A stretch of 62,918 nt of DNA, counting the filler, from Lenisia limosa (taxonomy: Eukaryota > Protista > Breviatea), in assembly GCA_001655205.1 (NCBI GenBank). It is 13 parts of 13 records of this genome, joined end to end, with 100 filler letters (N's around TTAATTAATTAA, not from the genome) between each part and the next. Parts side by side here need not be neighbours in the genome. Positions count along the whole stretch, not along the records: positions 61,116 to 62,918 come from LPNZ01006034.1; 12 more parts are not named here. One strand, 5' to 3'. The position numbers and the translations under genes were made by a program. The notes beneath the pieces are model-generated. The model saw nothing but the letters and a program-made list of their open reading frames with translations, did no database searches and was not told the origin of the DNA. Positions 61,150-62,918 of this stretch are shown here, piece after piece. Every line of letters starts with the position of its first letter. Positions within the stretch are counted from its first letter, which is position 1.

Positions 61150-61274
61150 GAGACTGGCCTGGGCGTTGTTTGTTTTGTTGTTCTCAACTCTTGTGTGTTG
61201 TCAGCCAACAGAGTTGATTTAGGCTTTTTTTTGTTTCATAAATTTTCCAATTTTACTCCTTTCTAATTATCCAG
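61150..61274 (+). repeat. Family A copy ending at a 3' splice site
   Basis: GACTGGCCTGGGCGTTGTTTG..TCAACTCTTGTGTGTTGTCAGCCAACAGAGTTGA..TTTCATAAATTTTCCAATTTTACTCCTTTCTAATTATCCAG| followed by an exon. Confidence 0.8.
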
Positions 61275-62235
61275 GCATATGGCTAATGAACTACCAATTC
61301 CTGGTGGCATCAGCGAAACGTTTGCGGGGTGATAATGAACAGAAATAGTATCAAATCTGATTTTCTTTCTTTACGCGCAAGAAATTACATTAAACATATG
61401 TGTGCACAGGCAAAAGATTGGTTGAATTAATATTTACTTAACCGAAATCTCTTATATGCATGGTGTGGACGTCTTCGGCCCAGATACATCCTGATCTTTT
61501 ATTTCTCACTGCTATAATTATATATATTCACTATATACAAGAGACAACATTAGATCTAAATAAAACCCAGGGTTACAAGAAAATACACGATCCTGTGTTT
61601 CTGTGATACAAGACAGCCTTCAAAATATTTGATGATCTAATTTTTGTTCTGAGGGAGTAACAGATCATATCTTTTTGTGAACATTTTGTTTTGTATTTTA
61701 TTTTTGAAAATTTTTTACTGTTTGTTTTGTGAATCGTATGATCATGGTACTATATTTTCTATAATATAAAACATAAATTATTTTATTTAATTTTATGTAG
61801 GGGTGCGCAAGATCAAGGCTGACAAGCCTGAAGAAGACCGCTCATTGCTCCCTCTGTTTACTGTGGGGGGTAGTGTGTGACTCTAATAATTGTGTTACTG
61901 ATTTACCTTGACTCAATCAATTGCCTTACTGTTTTACCATGCCTCTTTCAATTGCCTTACTGTTTGTAGGAACCAGATCTCGCCATTTTTGATGAGGGAC
62001 ATCGGCTCAAAAATAACACTGTGGGAAGGGGGGCAGTTAATTTCGTATGATGCAAGAACCAGCTTTCGTTAACCCCCCCCCCCCNNNNNNNNNNNNNNNN
62101 NNNNNNNNNNNNNNNNNNNNNNNNNNNNNNNNNNNNNNNNNNNNNNNNNNNNNNNNNNNNNNNNNNNNNNNNNNNNNNNNNNNNNNGGAGAGTTATACTG
62201 AGTGGCAAGCCCCTGCAGAACAATATCATGGAATA
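61275..62235 (+). CDS. SNF2-family (RAD54/ATRX-like) ATPase, partial
   Basis: Exon EPDLAIFDEGHRLKNN (motif II, ~61968-62020) is followed by exon RVILSGKPLQNNIMEYFTM (motif III, ~62189-62235). Confidence 0.85.
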
Positions 62236-62918
62236 TTTTACTATGGTAGTGGGGATGTTGTACAATGATGTTGGGACCGTATACTCTGATCGCTACAAAT
62301 AATCATCTCATCTCCTCTCTTCTTTTGCAATTGATATCTCCTTTTTGATTGCTTTATTATGCTCTCAATGTCTCCTTGTGTATATTTCCTTGTGATGTAA
62401 GAACAACTAAAAATATATTAAGCTCTTAATAAACATGATAGTATGGACAGCTTAAGTCATATTCCCCCTTCACCCCGCGTCATTATCACCATTCCCCCTT
62501 ACACTTGACCCCCTAATACGCTGGAGTGACGGGATGCGGNNNNNNNNNNNNNNNNNNNNNNNNNNNNNNNNNNNNNNNNNNNNNNNNNNNNNNNNNNNNN
62601 NNNNNNNNNNNNNNNNNNNNNNNNNNNNNNNNNNNNNNNNNNNNNNNNNNNNNNNNNNNNNNNNCCCACCTCCTCTACCTACAGAAACGGATAAGTATTG
62701 ATCGATTTGATATGATGTCCCATAGAAAATCGGTCAAGACTTGTCCCAGTCACCATAAATTATCGCCCTTCACTGAATTGATTCATTTAATGTTCATGTT
62801 CCAAAAGAATCTTTACCTAAGGCTTCACTTCGGTTCAGAAAATATCGATAGTTTTCGAGGATTTATCGAGAAATTCAGTCTTTTTTTCGAATAGAAGTGA
62901 AGTCCTACCCTTAACCCC

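Noticed and set aside
897-62894. ORFs containing X runs
   Set aside because: They are open only because N gaps lack stop codons.
1-62918. tRNA, rRNA, spliceosomal snRNA or autonomous transposase/RT genes
   Set aside because: None recognised by eye; a tRNAscan-SE/Infernal/HMMER run would be needed to exclude them formally.

Overview
Intron-rich eukaryotic DNA from a draft assembly, about 35-40% GC by eye, with GT-AG introns and short exons. It is probably an amoebozoan protist; the main hint is a countin-like gene. The window is 13 segments joined by 12 artificial 100-bp spacers (N-run, TTAATTAATTAA, N-run), so adjacency across those joins is unverified. The ORF track is mostly uninformative because the genes are split into small exons, which I spliced by eye, so exon boundaries are approximate unless stated. 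Confidently recognised: RPL37A/eL43, PLPBP/PROSC, a countin-like saposin protein, a GATA zinc-finger factor, an ankyrin-repeat gene and part of a SNF2-family ATPase. Also recognised: a gamma-adaptin-ear C-terminus, a membrane protein with a degenerate class III cyclase domain and a SAXO5/TEX45-like repeat protein. Most notable: (1) nine intronic C/D-box snoRNA copies of three types on the minus strand (43.2-48.6 kb), one per intron of a non-ribosomal host gene, including a double-guide RNA that combines the U18 and snR58/SNORD104 guides; (2) dispersed intronic repeat families that mostly lie sense to their host genes and end at 3' splice sites, like Introners. There are also several tiny MITE-like families, a nested-palindrome block and a recent inverted copy of the RPL37A promoter/first exon.
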